Source: Armatimonadota bacterium (GTDB taxonomy: Bacteria; Armatimonadota; UBA5829; DSUL01). Taken from it: 64,000 nucleotides of DNA. Each line of letters begins with the position of its first letter. Position 1 is the stretch's first letter. This document shows positions 9,791-20,166 of this stretch, piece by piece. Made by a program: the position numbers and the translations under genes. A model generated the notes under the pieces. That model saw nothing but the letters and a program-made list of their open reading frames with translations. It had not been told where the DNA came from and ran no database searches. The stretch covers positions 96,001 to 160,000 of the forward strand of contig JBDHZC010000002.1 in the NCBI GenBank assembly GCA_039811685.1, given 5' to 3'.

Positions 9791-10285
9791 ATGGACAAAC
9801 AGCGCAGCATAGACCTGCTCAACCGGGCTGTCAGCGATGAGCTGCAGGCCGTGCACCAGTATATGTACTTTCACTTCCATCTGGCGGATCAGGCATTTGG
9901 GCCTCTGGCCGGACTCTTCAAGCAGATTGCAATCCGGGAGATGATTCACGTTGAGATGCTCTCGGAGCGGATTCTGTTCCTCAAAGGCGACGTGGAAATG
10001 GTCGTTGCCGGACCGGTAGAGAAAATTCACGATCCCCAGGAGATGTTGAAAAAGGCGCGCTCGATGGAAGAAGGCAGCGCGGCAGAATACAACACTTTTG
10101 CGCTTGAGTGTTCCCAGAATGCCGACTCTGCGTCCAAGCAGCTCTTTGAGACGCTCGTCACTGATGAGGAAGGGCACTTCGACACCTTCGACAAGCAGCT
10201 GGACAACATCGAGCGCTTTGGACTGAACTATCTGGCTCTACAGTCTTTTGAAGCCGAGCCAGCCTCAGGCGGAGCTCCCACCTAG
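9791..10285 (+). CDS. bfr: Bacterioferritin
   Basis: Ferroxidase ligands DELQAVHQY, IREMIH (heme Met retained), MEE, DEEGH; GGGAG RBS before ATG 9791. Confidence 0.9.
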   Translation: MDKQRSIDLLNRAVSDELQAVHQYMYFHFHLADQAFGPLAGLFKQIAIREMIHVEMLSERILFLKGDVEMVVAGPVEKIHDPQEMLKKARSMEEGSAAEYNTFALECSQNADSASKQLFETLVTDEEGHFDTFDKQLDNIERFGLNYLALQSFEAEPASGGAPT

Positions 10286-10773
10286 AGCTTCACGGGCCAG
10301 CAAGCTTTCCAGGCCCTGTCCTAACGTGACAGCTTCAGAGTAATCTCACTGGGCCAGACGGCACGCGAGACTTGCGCGCATGAGTCTGGCCCAGGACCAC
10401 ATCGTGAAATAGCCACCAAAATCAACGGGTAACAGGCCCGTGCGCGCACAAAGGACAGTCAGCGCACCCATTCCGCAGGTTGTCCGCATATCACTTTTAT
10501 ATTTGCTGGAGCGCTCCGCCACTACTACAGGTCTCCGTTAGCAGCCCTCAGGTCGACCGGTATTCCCCTCTTCGGGTATAGTGCGTTGGCGGAAAATGCG
10601 ACTGTCATAACGCCTCTTCTGGTCAGAATGGGTATGACACTGAAGAAGAGCAACCCGCCGTTTACAGTGGCTTCATTATACGCGTGCGCGTTGATGAGAA
10701 TGCCCGGAACGGCTCTTCTGCAGACCTTGTGGTCCGTTCCTTGAATCCGCTTGTTTTGGAAGGAGGATCTCCT

Positions 10774-12786
10774 GTGAGTGAGACTTTGACCGTCAACAAA
10801 AATCTTGAACAGCTTGCCGTAGACACAATCAAGTTCCTTTCCGTGGATGCGGTAGAGAAAGCCAACTCAGGCCATCCCGGCCTGCCTACCGGAGCGATGG
10901 ACTACGCGTTCGTCATCTGGAACAAATTCCTGCGCTTTCAGCCGAAAGACCCCCGCTGGCCGAACCGCGACCGCTTTATCCTGTCAGCCGGACACGGATC
11001 GATGCTTCTGTATTCACTGCTGCACCTCACAGGTTACGAAGTGTCCCTGGAAGATATCAAGAACTTCCGGCAGTGGAGAAGCAATACGCCAGGCCACCCT
11101 GAGTTTGGTATGACCCCAGGCGTGGAGGCGACGACCGGGCCTCTCGGACAGGGGTTTGCCAATGGCGTAGGGATGGCGTTGGCGGCGAAGATGCTGGCGG
11201 CAAGGTTCAACCGTCCCGGTTTTGAATTGTTCAACTACACAATCTACGCTATCTGCTCAGACGGAGATATGGAGGAGGGAATCTCCCACGAAGCCGCATC
11301 ATTTGCGGGCCACAACGGACTGGGCAACATCATCTACGTGTACGACGACAATCACATTTCCATTGGCGGCAACACCAACATTTCTTACTCCGACGACGTA
11401 CAGAGCCGGTTTGAAGGCTATCACTGGCACGTGCAGAAGATAGACGGGCATGACCGCGCAGCCGCCGAAGAAGCCATTCGAAACGCACAGGCTGTCACAG
11501 ACAAGCCCAGCCTGATCATTGCGCGAACGCACATTGCCAAAGACGCCCCCACCAAGCACGACTCTTCAGCCGCCCACGGAGAGCCATTTGGAGACGAAGA
11601 GATCGCTCTGATGAAGGATGCGCTCCATTGGCCTCAGGAGCCGACCTTCTACGTGCCGGACGGCGTGTACGATGTTTTCCACTCGCGGCCAAAGGCGGTT
11701 GAAGGCGAGCACTCGCAGTGGCGCAACATGCTGGAGAGATACAAGGCCGAATACCCGGATCTAGCGGCGACCTATGAATCTATGCAGGAAAGACGGCTTC
11801 CGGACAATCTGGAGGACGTGCTTCTGGACGCCGGACTGGAACTGGACACAGACGCGACGCGAGGCTACGGCGGCAAAATTATGAACATTGCCGCGCAGCA
11901 TGTGCCGGGACTAATTGGCGGATCTGGAGACCTGGAGCCTTCCACCAAGACTCTGCTCAAGGAATCCACCTCTATTGCGAAAGGAGACTTCGCGGGGCGC
12001 AACATTCACTTCGGCGTGCGAGAGCATGGAATGGGCGGCATCGTCAACGGTATAGCTTACGGTGACTTCTTCATCCCGTATGGCGCCACATTCTTCTGCT
12101 TCCTTGACTATATGCGCCCGTCCGTGAGGCTCTCAGCGCTGTCACACTTGCAGAGTATCTGGATTTTCACACACGACAGCATCTTTCTTGGAGAGGACGG
12201 GCCGACGCACCAGCCGGTGGAGCACTTCGCGATTGCGCGCGCAACGCCGAACCTGATGGACATGCGCCCGGCGGACGCCGCAGAGACCGCTGTGGCCTGG
12301 GCGATGGCGCTGGAACACAAGCACACGCCCTCAGCACTGCTTCTTTCCCGCCAGAAAGCGCCAGCGCTAAAGTACCAGAAGCCACGTGACGCAAAAGGTG
12401 TCAGACGAGGCGCGTATGTTCTGCAGGATGCCCCGGACGGAAATCCGGACGTCGTCATCATTGCCACGGGAACTGAGGTTTACCCGACTCAGGCTGCTCT
12501 GGGCCTTCTGGATGGCGTAAAGGCGCGGCTGGTGAGTATGCCAAGCTGGTATCTCTTCGAGCAGCAGGATCAGAGTTACAAAGACAGCGTTATTCCTCCC
12601 AGCGTGGAGAAAAGGGTTGCCGTGGAAGCCGGAGCATCCTTTGGCTGGGAGCGCTGGGTGGGAGTCAACGGCCTGAAGCTGTGCGTGGATCGGTTCGGCA
12701 TCTCGGCTCCGCTCAAAGAGCTTCAGGAACACTTTGGATACACACCACAGAAGATTGCGGACAGAATACGCGAGTATCTGAAGTAA
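10774..12786 (+). CDS. tkt: Transketolase
   Basis: NSGHPG, DRFILSAGHGS, TTGPLGQG, SDGD..EG, GVREHGM, THDSIFLGEDGPTHQP; AAGGAGG RBS before GTG 10774. Confidence 0.97.
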   Translation: MSETLTVNKNLEQLAVDTIKFLSVDAVEKANSGHPGLPTGAMDYAFVIWNKFLRFQPKDPRWPNRDRFILSAGHGSMLLYSLLHLTGYEVSLEDIKNFRQWRSNTPGHPEFGMTPGVEATTGPLGQGFANGVGMALAAKMLAARFNRPGFELFNYTIYAICSDGDMEEGISHEAASFAGHNGLGNIIYVYDDNHISIGGNTNISYSDDVQSRFEGYHWHVQKIDGHDRAAAEEAIRNAQAVTDKPSLIIARTHIAKDAPTKHDSSAAHGEPFGDEEIALMKDALHWPQEPTFYVPDGVYDVFHSRPKAVEGEHSQWRNMLERYKAEYPDLAATYESMQERRLPDNLEDVLLDAGLELDTDATRGYGGKIMNIAAQHVPGLIGGSGDLEPSTKTLLKESTSIAKGDFAGRNIHFGVREHGMGGIVNGIAYGDFFIPYGATFFCFLDYMRPSVRLSALSHLQSIWIFTHDSIFLGEDGPTHQPVEHFAIARATPNLMDMRPADAAETAVAWAMALEHKHTPSALLLSRQKAPALKYQKPRDAKGVRRGAYVLQDAPDGNPDVVIIATGTEVYPTQAALGLLDGVKARLVSMPSWYLFEQQDQSYKDSVIPPSVEKRVAVEAGASFGWERWVGVNGLKLCVDRFGISAPLKELQEHFGYTPQKIADRIREYLK

Positions 12787-12974
12787 GAAATCATCAGGCT
12801 GCGCGGTGTCTGACACAATTCATGGACCACCGATGGTCTCTCACCGCGCAGACATCGTTTTTGCGGTTCAGGTCGCTGAGAAACACCCCTGGATGGAAGC
12901 CGCCCGGTGGGTATAATAACGCCGGTGGCCGGCGTCATCACAAGAGTTCAAGAACAATGGGAGCAGGCAGCATT

Positions 12975-14243
12975 ATGACAACAGCAACTACGGATCTGCA
13001 TTCACAGGAAGAGCTGGCAGATCTGGCGGCAGAGATCGTCACGGACGGCTTTTCGGGCGTGAAGGGCACAGAGTTTCAGAGCCAGCCCGCCTATGAGGCA
13101 CTGGTGGGAGCGGGCAGTGAATTGTGGCTGGACACCGGAGACATGGAGGCTGCTCGGAAAGTCTGGGCCAAAGAGCTGAGCGGCCTGACGACAAACAACA
13201 ACCTTGTAAACCAGGTGGTGCAGACTGGCTCGCTCGACCAGGTGATCGGGCAAATCGGCAAGCGGATGCGCGAGCGCGTCCCGGGTCTTTCTCAGAAGGA
13301 CCTGATCATCGAAGCCGCGTTTATTCTGAATGCAAAGATCGCGCTGGGTCTTGTTGAGACTTTTGACGCGAAGGTGAGCGTGGAGTTGCACCCGGATATT
13401 GCCGATGACTGGCGCTCGTCCCTGGCTTTTGGAAAGCGCTACTACGCTTTGAATCCTGGACATCTGCTCGTCAAGGCGCCGATTACCCCGGACGGGTATA
13501 TTGCGGTTCGCAAGCTCTCAGAAGCCGGAGTGCCTATCAACTTCACACTTGGATTCAGCGCTCGCCAGAATTATTTCGCCGCTCTATTTTCACGCCCACG
13601 CTATGTCAACGTCTTTCTTGGCCGCCTCGGCAGCCTGGTTGACGACAACGGTCTGGGGGACAGTACGAATATCGGCGAGCACGTGACGCTGGTGTCACAG
13701 GAGCACATCGAAGAACTCCGCGGACGCCAGCAGGCGCCAACCCGCCAGATAGCCGCCAGTATCCGGAGCGGACAGCAGGTGGCGCATCTCGCAGGAGTGG
13801 ACGTTCAGACAATTCCGCCGAAGGCAGCGCAGGAGTATCTTTCGAACAACGCAGACGCCAAGATGGATATCCGAAGACACTCCTCGGCGCAGTTCCCGGT
13901 CCAGTTGAATAGCGATCCGGAGACAGCGCGCAAAATCAGCACGCTCTGGGAGGTGCCGGACAACTTCAAGGCATTCACAGCCGCAGCCGTAGAACAGGGA
14001 GACTCTATCACCGAAGGCAGCCAGATACTTGAACTGGCAAAACAGCATGGCGTGAACGACTTTTTCCGGTCATGGAGCGAAGAAGAGCTGCAACAGATTG
14101 AAGCAGGCGGAAAAATCCCGAAGTGGTCTTTGTGGGGAGAGAATACAGCGCCCGATGAAATGATGAGTGTCGCGGCGCTAAGGGCGTTCACCAAAGACCA
14201 GAGAGAGCTCGACGGTCGAATCCAGCGGCTGATTGGGGGCTGA
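12975..14243 (+). CDS. tal: Transaldolase family protein (long variant)
   Basis: WLDTGD, GLTTNN, VSVELHP, VKAP (Schiff-base Lys), NFTLGFS, AASIRS; lies between tkt and zwf. Confidence 0.8.
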   Translation: MTTATTDLHSQEELADLAAEIVTDGFSGVKGTEFQSQPAYEALVGAGSELWLDTGDMEAARKVWAKELSGLTTNNNLVNQVVQTGSLDQVIGQIGKRMRERVPGLSQKDLIIEAAFILNAKIALGLVETFDAKVSVELHPDIADDWRSSLAFGKRYYALNPGHLLVKAPITPDGYIAVRKLSEAGVPINFTLGFSARQNYFAALFSRPRYVNVFLGRLGSLVDDNGLGDSTNIGEHVTLVSQEHIEELRGRQQAPTRQIAASIRSGQQVAHLAGVDVQTIPPKAAQEYLSNNADAKMDIRRHSSAQFPVQLNSDPETARKISTLWEVPDNFKAFTAAAVEQGDSITEGSQILELAKQHGVNDFFRSWSEEELQQIEAGGKIPKWSLWGENTAPDEMMSVAALRAFTKDQRELDGRIQRLIGG

Positions 14244-14249
14244 CACCTT

Positions 14250-15785
14250 TTGCTGGACCTGAGCGTTAACCCCTTCCGGGAAGGACTGACTGAGAGCCGC
14301 GTCGCAGACCCATGCGCCTTCGTCATATTTGGCGCCACGGGCGACCTGACCCACCGCAAACTGATTCCGGCCCTGTTCAGCCTGTACCTGGAAAGCCTGC
14401 TGCCGTCCAATTTTGCCATTGTTGGATTCGCCAGGCGCGACTGGAGCGATGAGCGGTTTCGAGACGAAATGTGGCAGGGCATCCAGGCGCACGCACGGCG
14501 TCTTGCGGGAGAACGTGAGGCGTGGGAGGGCTTCGCGCGCTCCCTGTTTTACAACCGCTCCACGTTCCAAGACCCCGAAGGCTACGACCGGCTAAAGACA
14601 AAGCTCTCGGAGCTTGACAAGAGTCACGACACACACGGCAACAGGCTGTTCTATCTGGCGACTCCGCCCAGCGACTACGAGCCGATTATCGAGCAGATCG
14701 GGGCCCACAACCTCCAGAGCGAAGAGCGCGGGTGGGCGCGGATTATCGTCGAGAAGCCAATAGGAACCGACCTGGCGTCTTCGCGTGAGCTCAATAGCGC
14801 GATACGCAGTGTTTTCCCAGAGTCACGCATCTACCGGATTGACCATTTCCTCGGCAAGGAGACAGTCCAGAATATCCTTGTTTTCCGGTTTGCCAACAGC
14901 ATCTTTGAACCCATCTGGAACCAGAAGTACGTCGATCACGTACAGATCACGAACGCTGAGAATATCGGTTTGGAAGGACGGGGCGCGTTCTTTGACAAGG
15001 CTGGCATTGTGCGAGACCTGGCACAGAACCACCAGCTTCAGCTGTTGACACTCATGGCGATGGAACCGCCGTCATCCCTTCGGGCAGACGCAATCCGTGA
15101 CGAAAAGCTGAAGGTCCTGCAGGCAGTGCGGCTTTTGACACGTGAGGAAGTTGACGAGCACGCCGTGCGCGGCCAGTACACCGCGGGACTCGTCCAGGGG
15201 CAACCTGCTCTAGGCTATCTGGAGGAGCCAAACGTCCAACCGGATTCAGCTACGGAAACCTACGCCGCTGTTCGCCTGTTTGTTGACAACTGGCGCTGGG
15301 CCGGAGTGCCGTTTTACCTGCGCGTCGGAAAGCGTTTACCCAAGAAGTCCACCGAGATCTCACTGCAGTTCAAGGAGATACCAAATATCCTCTTCGGCGC
15401 GACGCAGAAGGACGCGGTCAGGCCGGACCTGCTGGTTATACGAATTCAACCGGACGAAGGCATCTTCCTGCGCTTTACCAGCAAAGAGCCGGGGCCGTCC
15501 ATGCGGCTGCAGCAGGTTCGTATGGGATTTCAGTACGGGGCGTCCTTTGGCACTCCGTCCCCTGAAGCCTATGAACGTCTGCTCCTGGATGCGGCTAGCG
15601 GAGAGCAGGCTCTTTTTGCAAGAGATGACGAAGTTGAGGCGCAGTGGAGAATAGTGATGCCTGTTCTGGACAGGTGGAGAGAACTCGGACGTCAGGGACT
15701 CCATGAGTATCAGGCCGGCACATGGGGCCCGCTGGAAGCCTTCAGCCTGCTCACGCGTGACGGCCGGCGATGGAGGAGAATCTAG
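14250..15785 (+). CDS. zwf: Glucose-6-phosphate 1-dehydrogenase
   Basis: IFGATGDL, IVEKP, RIDHFLGKE, QNHQLQ, RWAGVPFYLRVGK. Confidence 0.97.
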   Translation: MLDLSVNPFREGLTESRVADPCAFVIFGATGDLTHRKLIPALFSLYLESLLPSNFAIVGFARRDWSDERFRDEMWQGIQAHARRLAGEREAWEGFARSLFYNRSTFQDPEGYDRLKTKLSELDKSHDTHGNRLFYLATPPSDYEPIIEQIGAHNLQSEERGWARIIVEKPIGTDLASSRELNSAIRSVFPESRIYRIDHFLGKETVQNILVFRFANSIFEPIWNQKYVDHVQITNAENIGLEGRGAFFDKAGIVRDLAQNHQLQLLTLMAMEPPSSLRADAIRDEKLKVLQAVRLLTREEVDEHAVRGQYTAGLVQGQPALGYLEEPNVQPDSATETYAAVRLFVDNWRWAGVPFYLRVGKRLPKKSTEISLQFKEIPNILFGATQKDAVRPDLLVIRIQPDEGIFLRFTSKEPGPSMRLQQVRMGFQYGASFGTPSPEAYERLLLDAASGEQALFARDDEVEAQWRIVMPVLDRWRELGRQGLHEYQAGTWGPLEAFSLLTRDGRRWRRI

Positions 15786-16867
15786 TGGCCCCAACAGACA
15801 GCACGCTCGCCTCGGTAGATATCTCAACTATAGAAGATGAACTGACCGGACTTTGGAAGCAGCAGGACGAATCTGCGGGTGCGGTGTTGCGGACAGTGCT
15901 GCTGACATTGCTGGCCTACTGCCGCAACTCCGACTGCGCTCAGAGAGTCTCGGCCTCCGTTGCGGCGATCGCCGCCGACCACCCTGCCCGCGCCATTATT
16001 GTGACTGATGAAGCCGCCGAAACTGAGCCCAATATCAAAGCCTGGGTGTCTGTTTCCTGCCAGCTTGTCAACCGCAGTGACAAGCAGCACTGCTCAGAGC
16101 AGGTGTTTCTGCAGGCGCACGGGGCGGACATGGGAAGAATTGTCAGCTCAGTTCAGCCACTTGCCTTGCCGGATGTACCATTTGTGCTCTGGTTGGCTGA
16201 CGGAGCGATTCCGCAGAGCGATGTGTTTGGAAAGCTCGTTCAGCAGTCTGATCGTCTGCTGATCGAATCGGCTGTTGCAGAGGACGCGCTGGATCTGTTT
16301 CGGTGGGTTACGGACGCTATGCATGAGCCAGGTCCGTCCGTGGTGGACCTTACCTGGATTGGCCTGGAGTCTCGACGCCTTGCCTTCGCACATCAGTTTG
16401 ATCTGGAGAAGTGGCGCAGCATGCTGCCGGAGGTAGACTGTGTGGAGATTACCGGAGCATGCGACAACGGAAAGTTCAGCGCAGAAACGCTACTGATGGC
16501 GGGCTGGCTTGTCAGTAGACTGCAATGGTACGGCTATGGAGTTGAAAGTCACACTCACCCGGGCCAAACCGCGCCGTCACACAGCCGGATTGTGCGCCTG
16601 ATCCCTTCAGCGTCCGGCCAGCCCGTTGAGCGCGTTACTTTGAAAGCCGGAAGTGGAATGGAAGTGTCAGTGGACTATAGCGCTGACGGCACGGAAGCGC
16701 ACGTCCACGCTGAGGCGGAAGAAGCGAACGAGCAGCGCACGGTGCCGATGAAAAAGCGTTCTCCCGAACGTCTGCTTTGCGGCGCTCTGGAGATTGTGAA
16801 GCAGGACAGCGTCTATCTGGATACTGTACGCACCGTTATGGAGATTCTGACAGAGCCCGCGCCGTAG
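15785..16867 (+). CDS. opcA: G6PDH assembly/effector protein OpcA
   Basis: Overlaps the zwf stop; HPARAII, LALPDVPFVLW, DLTW, LMAGWLVSRL motifs; GGAGGAG RBS before GTG 15785. Confidence 0.85.
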   Translation: MAPTDSTLASVDISTIEDELTGLWKQQDESAGAVLRTVLLTLLAYCRNSDCAQRVSASVAAIAADHPARAIIVTDEAAETEPNIKAWVSVSCQLVNRSDKQHCSEQVFLQAHGADMGRIVSSVQPLALPDVPFVLWLADGAIPQSDVFGKLVQQSDRLLIESAVAEDALDLFRWVTDAMHEPGPSVVDLTWIGLESRRLAFAHQFDLEKWRSMLPEVDCVEITGACDNGKFSAETLLMAGWLVSRLQWYGYGVESHTHPGQTAPSHSRIVRLIPSASGQPVERVTLKAGSGMEVSVDYSADGTEAHVHAEAEEANEQRTVPMKKRSPERLLCGALEIVKQDSVYLDTVRTVMEILTEPAP

Positions 16868-16899
16868 CGTGCGCCGCAGTTGCAGGCGTTTTGGGACAA

Positions 16900-17931
16900 C
16901 TAGACGCTCAGGGTCTCACCGGAGCGCGTGTAGTTCTGCTCCATTCCGGTTGGCTCTCCCAGTACGTCTCCATCCAGATCGAGATAGTCAAAAGCGCCAG
17001 TGCCGCACGCGATATGCACTCCCGCGCCAATGCCCACCGGAGACTCCAGCATACAGCCGATCATGAGCTTCTTGCCAGCCGCCTGGCACATAGAGATGAT
17101 GTCGAGCGCGCCTGTAAATCCCGCCTTCATCAGTTTGATATTTACGCCGTCCACTGCCTCCAGCTTCAGCAGCTTGAGAACAGACCGGGGATTGACCGCC
17201 GCCTCATCGGCAAGTACTGGCTCTGGAACGTTTTCTTTGACGTAGCGTAGGCCCTCGATATCTGCTTTCTGCACCGGCTGTTCTACGATCTCTGGGGAAA
17301 CTCCCAGGGCGTTCATCTTCCGGACAAACTCAACGGCTTCCTCTGGCTCAAAGCCCTGGTTAGCGTCAATGCGCAGCTTTGCCTCCGGCGCTCCCAGATG
17401 AATCTGCCGGACGCGCTCCAGGTCTTCGTCTCTGTTCGGACCTCCAACTTTGATCTTGAGATGGCGGTAGGTCTCGGCGGCTTCCCTGGCCAGATCGAAG
17501 GCCAAGCCGGGTGCGACAATCGGAATCGTAAGGTCGCTGACAACGCTGCCTTTCCTTCCGCCGAAAAACTGCGCCATGCTCAGACCGTGAATCTGGCAGA
17601 ACAGATCAACCGCAGCAATCTCCAGACCGGCGCAGGCTGTGTGGCTTTCCGGCAAGCGCTCCCGGACGGTTGCGCAAACAGTGCGCCAGGCGCTGACGTC
17701 CTGTCCACGCAGCGCCTCATCCATTGCGGCAAGGTCTCGCTGAACAGTCTGTTCTGTTTCCCCGGTGACATACTCAACCGGCGTGGCTTCGCCCCGGCCG
17801 ATCAATCCGTTGTCTGATTTCAACTTCACGATGATGGCGCGGCTGACAGACGTTTTGCTTCTGGCGGTCTCGAATACGACTCTTTGCGGAATCTCGACTA
17901 TATCCCAGCTCACACGCACGATTTTTGGCAT
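16900..17931 (-). CDS. L-Ala-D/L-Glu dipeptide epimerase (enolase superfamily, MLE subgroup)
   Basis: KIKVG, RIDANQG, VEQP, ADEA, NIKLMKAG, DLDG motifs. Confidence 0.88.
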   Translation of the reverse strand: MPKIVRVSWDIVEIPQRVVFETARSKTSVSRAIIVKLKSDNGLIGRGEATPVEYVTGETEQTVQRDLAAMDEALRGQDVSAWRTVCATVRERLPESHTACAGLEIAAVDLFCQIHGLSMAQFFGGRKGSVVSDLTIPIVAPGLAFDLAREAAETYRHLKIKVGGPNRDEDLERVRQIHLGAPEAKLRIDANQGFEPEEAVEFVRKMNALGVSPEIVEQPVQKADIEGLRYVKENVPEPVLADEAAVNPRSVLKLLKLEAVDGVNIKLMKAGFTGALDIISMCQAAGKKLMIGCMLESPVGIGAGVHIACGTGAFDYLDLDGDVLGEPTGMEQNYTRSGETLSV

Positions 17932-19365
17932 CTATCTTTCCTCCCGCGCCGCCAGCTTGAAATGATAACTGTGGACTTGATCGTCCGGACAATGCAGCTT
18001 CACAAAGAGGACTTTGGAAGCGGCGCGAACCACTTCAACCGCATCATCCGCACTAACGAGAGCTTCTGCGCCAGTCACCGGGGCATCCCACAAAACCAGG
18101 CCCAGTAGCTGAGACCCGTTCTGCGCGCCCGACGTGACGCTGAAATCAACCTCCAAAGCGCCGTCAGCGCTCTGGTAGCGCACCACTCCAAGAGCAGCCT
18201 GTGTTGGGGCAGAGTTTGGATACGGGGAGTTGTCTCCGAGATCACGGATGCGGGCCGCATAATCGTAGGCTTCGACGGCAAACGCGCCGCGCGATTTCAG
18301 AAAGCCCATCTGACAGGAGGAGTCCTGATAGAGCAGGCTCACATCGTTACGCGGCCGTCTGCCGTAGTCCTCAGACGCACCCGAAACCATCCCTTTCCGC
18401 CAGTCCAGATCACCGCATACGAACAGCGACTGCGGAGTCTGCGCGTGTTTCCTGCGGTAATAGGCCCACACCTCTGCATACGCAGCCTGCTTTACTCCCG
18501 GAGACTGCGCCAACTCGTGAAATCGCCTGAACATCCCGTCCAGCATCACGTCCTTGTCGTGCCCTTCGGTCTGGTAGTGGCGTGCTTCTTCGTTGATGTT
18601 CACCACGACAGTCTCGTTCCACGCCCTTTGCCTGGCTACTTCATCAATAAGCGCGACAGAGTACTTCAGCGCATCGGCCTCTGTATCGAACCCGCCCGCG
18701 TACTTTCGGTTGGCGTCCGCCGGGTCCAGTGAAAAGGTGGCCGGGTGCCCGTCAGCAAGGCAGGCTGTGATGTCGCGCGTCAACCATTCCAGCATTAGCA
18801 GAGACTGCGGATCGCCCTTTTGGGCTGCCGCTTTGGCGTTCCAGGGCGCTACGTAATAGGGATCGAACGGACAGCCCAGCCAGGTACTCTCATCTATGCC
18901 AAGTTGATGCCAGCAGCTTCCCGCCAGGTTGCGCGTCCAGGCAAAATCGTGCTCTGGGAGGCCCAGAATCGCGTTCAGGTCGTCTGGATAGAACTTCAGA
19001 CTCCAGAGCCCGTCCGGCGTAAAGCCAGCCTCCTGGCAGCGCTGATGAATCCACCGGAGAACTGCCGCTGTATCCATCTTGTCAACGCCATCCGGTGAGG
19101 TGGTAAGCTCCATTGTGACAAGAATGGAATCCCCGCCTGCTTTGTGCCGCAGGAGGTCAGGAAGCAATCCTTCGAGGTTCAGATACTCCTGATCGTTGAT
19201 GACCCATGAGACCGGCTGGCTGTGCTTCTCTGCGAAACGTTTGATCCGGCTTACGGCGTCTGGAAGGTCGTTGTTGTGTTCGTAGAGCGTCCCGGCTCGC
19301 GGATGCCCGGCATAGGTGAAACGCGACACAGGACAGGTGTAGGTCAGAAAAAGATCTCCAGAGAT
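17932..19365 (-). CDS. Uncharacterised protein, possibly a carbohydrate-active barrel (DUF3863-like by recall)
   Basis: Long ORF packed between the lipoprotein and the epimerase; PVSWVIND, CWHQLGIDE..WLGCPFDPYY. Start uncertain: the RBS points to ATC at 19365. Confidence 0.6.
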   Translation of the reverse strand: MSGDLFLTYTCPVSRFTYAGHPRAGTLYEHNNDLPDAVSRIKRFAEKHSQPVSWVINDQEYLNLEGLLPDLLRHKAGGDSILVTMELTTSPDGVDKMDTAAVLRWIHQRCQEAGFTPDGLWSLKFYPDDLNAILGLPEHDFAWTRNLAGSCWHQLGIDESTWLGCPFDPYYVAPWNAKAAAQKGDPQSLLMLEWLTRDITACLADGHPATFSLDPADANRKYAGGFDTEADALKYSVALIDEVARQRAWNETVVVNINEEARHYQTEGHDKDVMLDGMFRRFHELAQSPGVKQAAYAEVWAYYRRKHAQTPQSLFVCGDLDWRKGMVSGASEDYGRRPRNDVSLLYQDSSCQMGFLKSRGAFAVEAYDYAARIRDLGDNSPYPNSAPTQAALGVVRYQSADGALEVDFSVTSGAQNGSQLLGLVLWDAPVTGAEALVSADDAVEVVRAASKVLFVKLHCPDDQVHSYHFKLAAREER

Positions 19366-19378
19366 GGTGGCTACTCCC

Positions 19379-20065
19379 TTATTTTGTGAAACGGATGGAA
19401 TCGACGATCTGGTCCGCCTGCGCCAGCGCAGGTGAGTTTGGCTCGGCAACGCGGGTGATTTCATATCGTCCCGTTGCGGCCGGGGCTATTATGACGCGCA
19501 GAAGCTCATCCTTGCCCGCAAGCTGGCCTGTGTAGGTGGAGTATGCGGCTGATCCGGCTTTGAGCAAAGCTGTGCCTTCCTGAGCGGCTACTCCTGCAAA
19601 CTGCGTGTCTTTTGACTGGATATCCTGCGCGCCAAACTCCAGCCAGCCTGCGGTGACGTCGGATTTGACAGTTGGCACGCCGAGCACTTCAGGCTGTTGT
19701 TCCGGGCTGGTTTCCAGGTTGCTGGAGCCGGCCGGGGCGGGCGCCGTCGCCCCCGGCTGATAGCGGATCATAACATAAGGCGGACGCTGCTGCGCAGTTG
19801 AGCCGCTTCGCGTACCGGCCTGTTCCCACAGCACTACCGTGGTCTCGCCAGTCTTCGGATCCTCCACCTGAGGCGTGCTGTTAATCAGCCAGTCAGATGG
19901 ATAGGTTGCGGACATGTGGTACTGCGGGTTGCTCCACGTAGCCGCCGGAGCCTCTTGCGTAGAGGCGCCTTTCTTGCCACACCCGAAGCAGATTAGCGCT
20001 GCGGAGGTGATCAGACTAAAGGCGACAGCACTTCTGATTGTACGAAACTGATTGAGACTGCGCAT
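19379..20065 (-). CDS. Lipoprotein, PsbP/Mog1-like fold by pattern
   Basis: Lipobox LICFG-C; 'YHMSATYPSDW' near the N-terminus and 'QIVDSIRF' at the C-terminus are typical of PsbP-like proteins; GGAGAGG RBS. Confidence 0.6.
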   Translation of the reverse strand: MRSLNQFRTIRSAVAFSLITSAALICFGCGKKGASTQEAPAATWSNPQYHMSATYPSDWLINSTPQVEDPKTGETTVVLWEQAGTRSGSTAQQRPPYVMIRYQPGATAPAPAGSSNLETSPEQQPEVLGVPTVKSDVTAGWLEFGAQDIQSKDTQFAGVAAQEGTALLKAGSAAYSTYTGQLAGKDELLRVIIAPAATGRYEITRVAEPNSPALAQADQIVDSIRFTK

Positions 20066-20166
20066 TGTCCTCTCCAGACGACCAGGCTCAAAGCGAGAAC
20101 AGGTCACACGCAGTGTTCAATGCGCTGAGTGCGTTTCCCTGTCGCGCGGCTTGCGCCAGGCAACAG

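Noticed and set aside
10349..10393. Inverted repeat CTGGGCCAGAC...GTCTGGCCCAG after bfr
   Set aside because: No U tract and no second copy seen; cannot be assigned beyond a possible 3' stabilising hairpin.
10601..10611. ACTGTCATAAC shared with 28044-28054, Pho-box half-site-like
   Set aside because: A single half-site at each locus; one shared 11-mer among several kb of intergenic DNA is plausible by chance.
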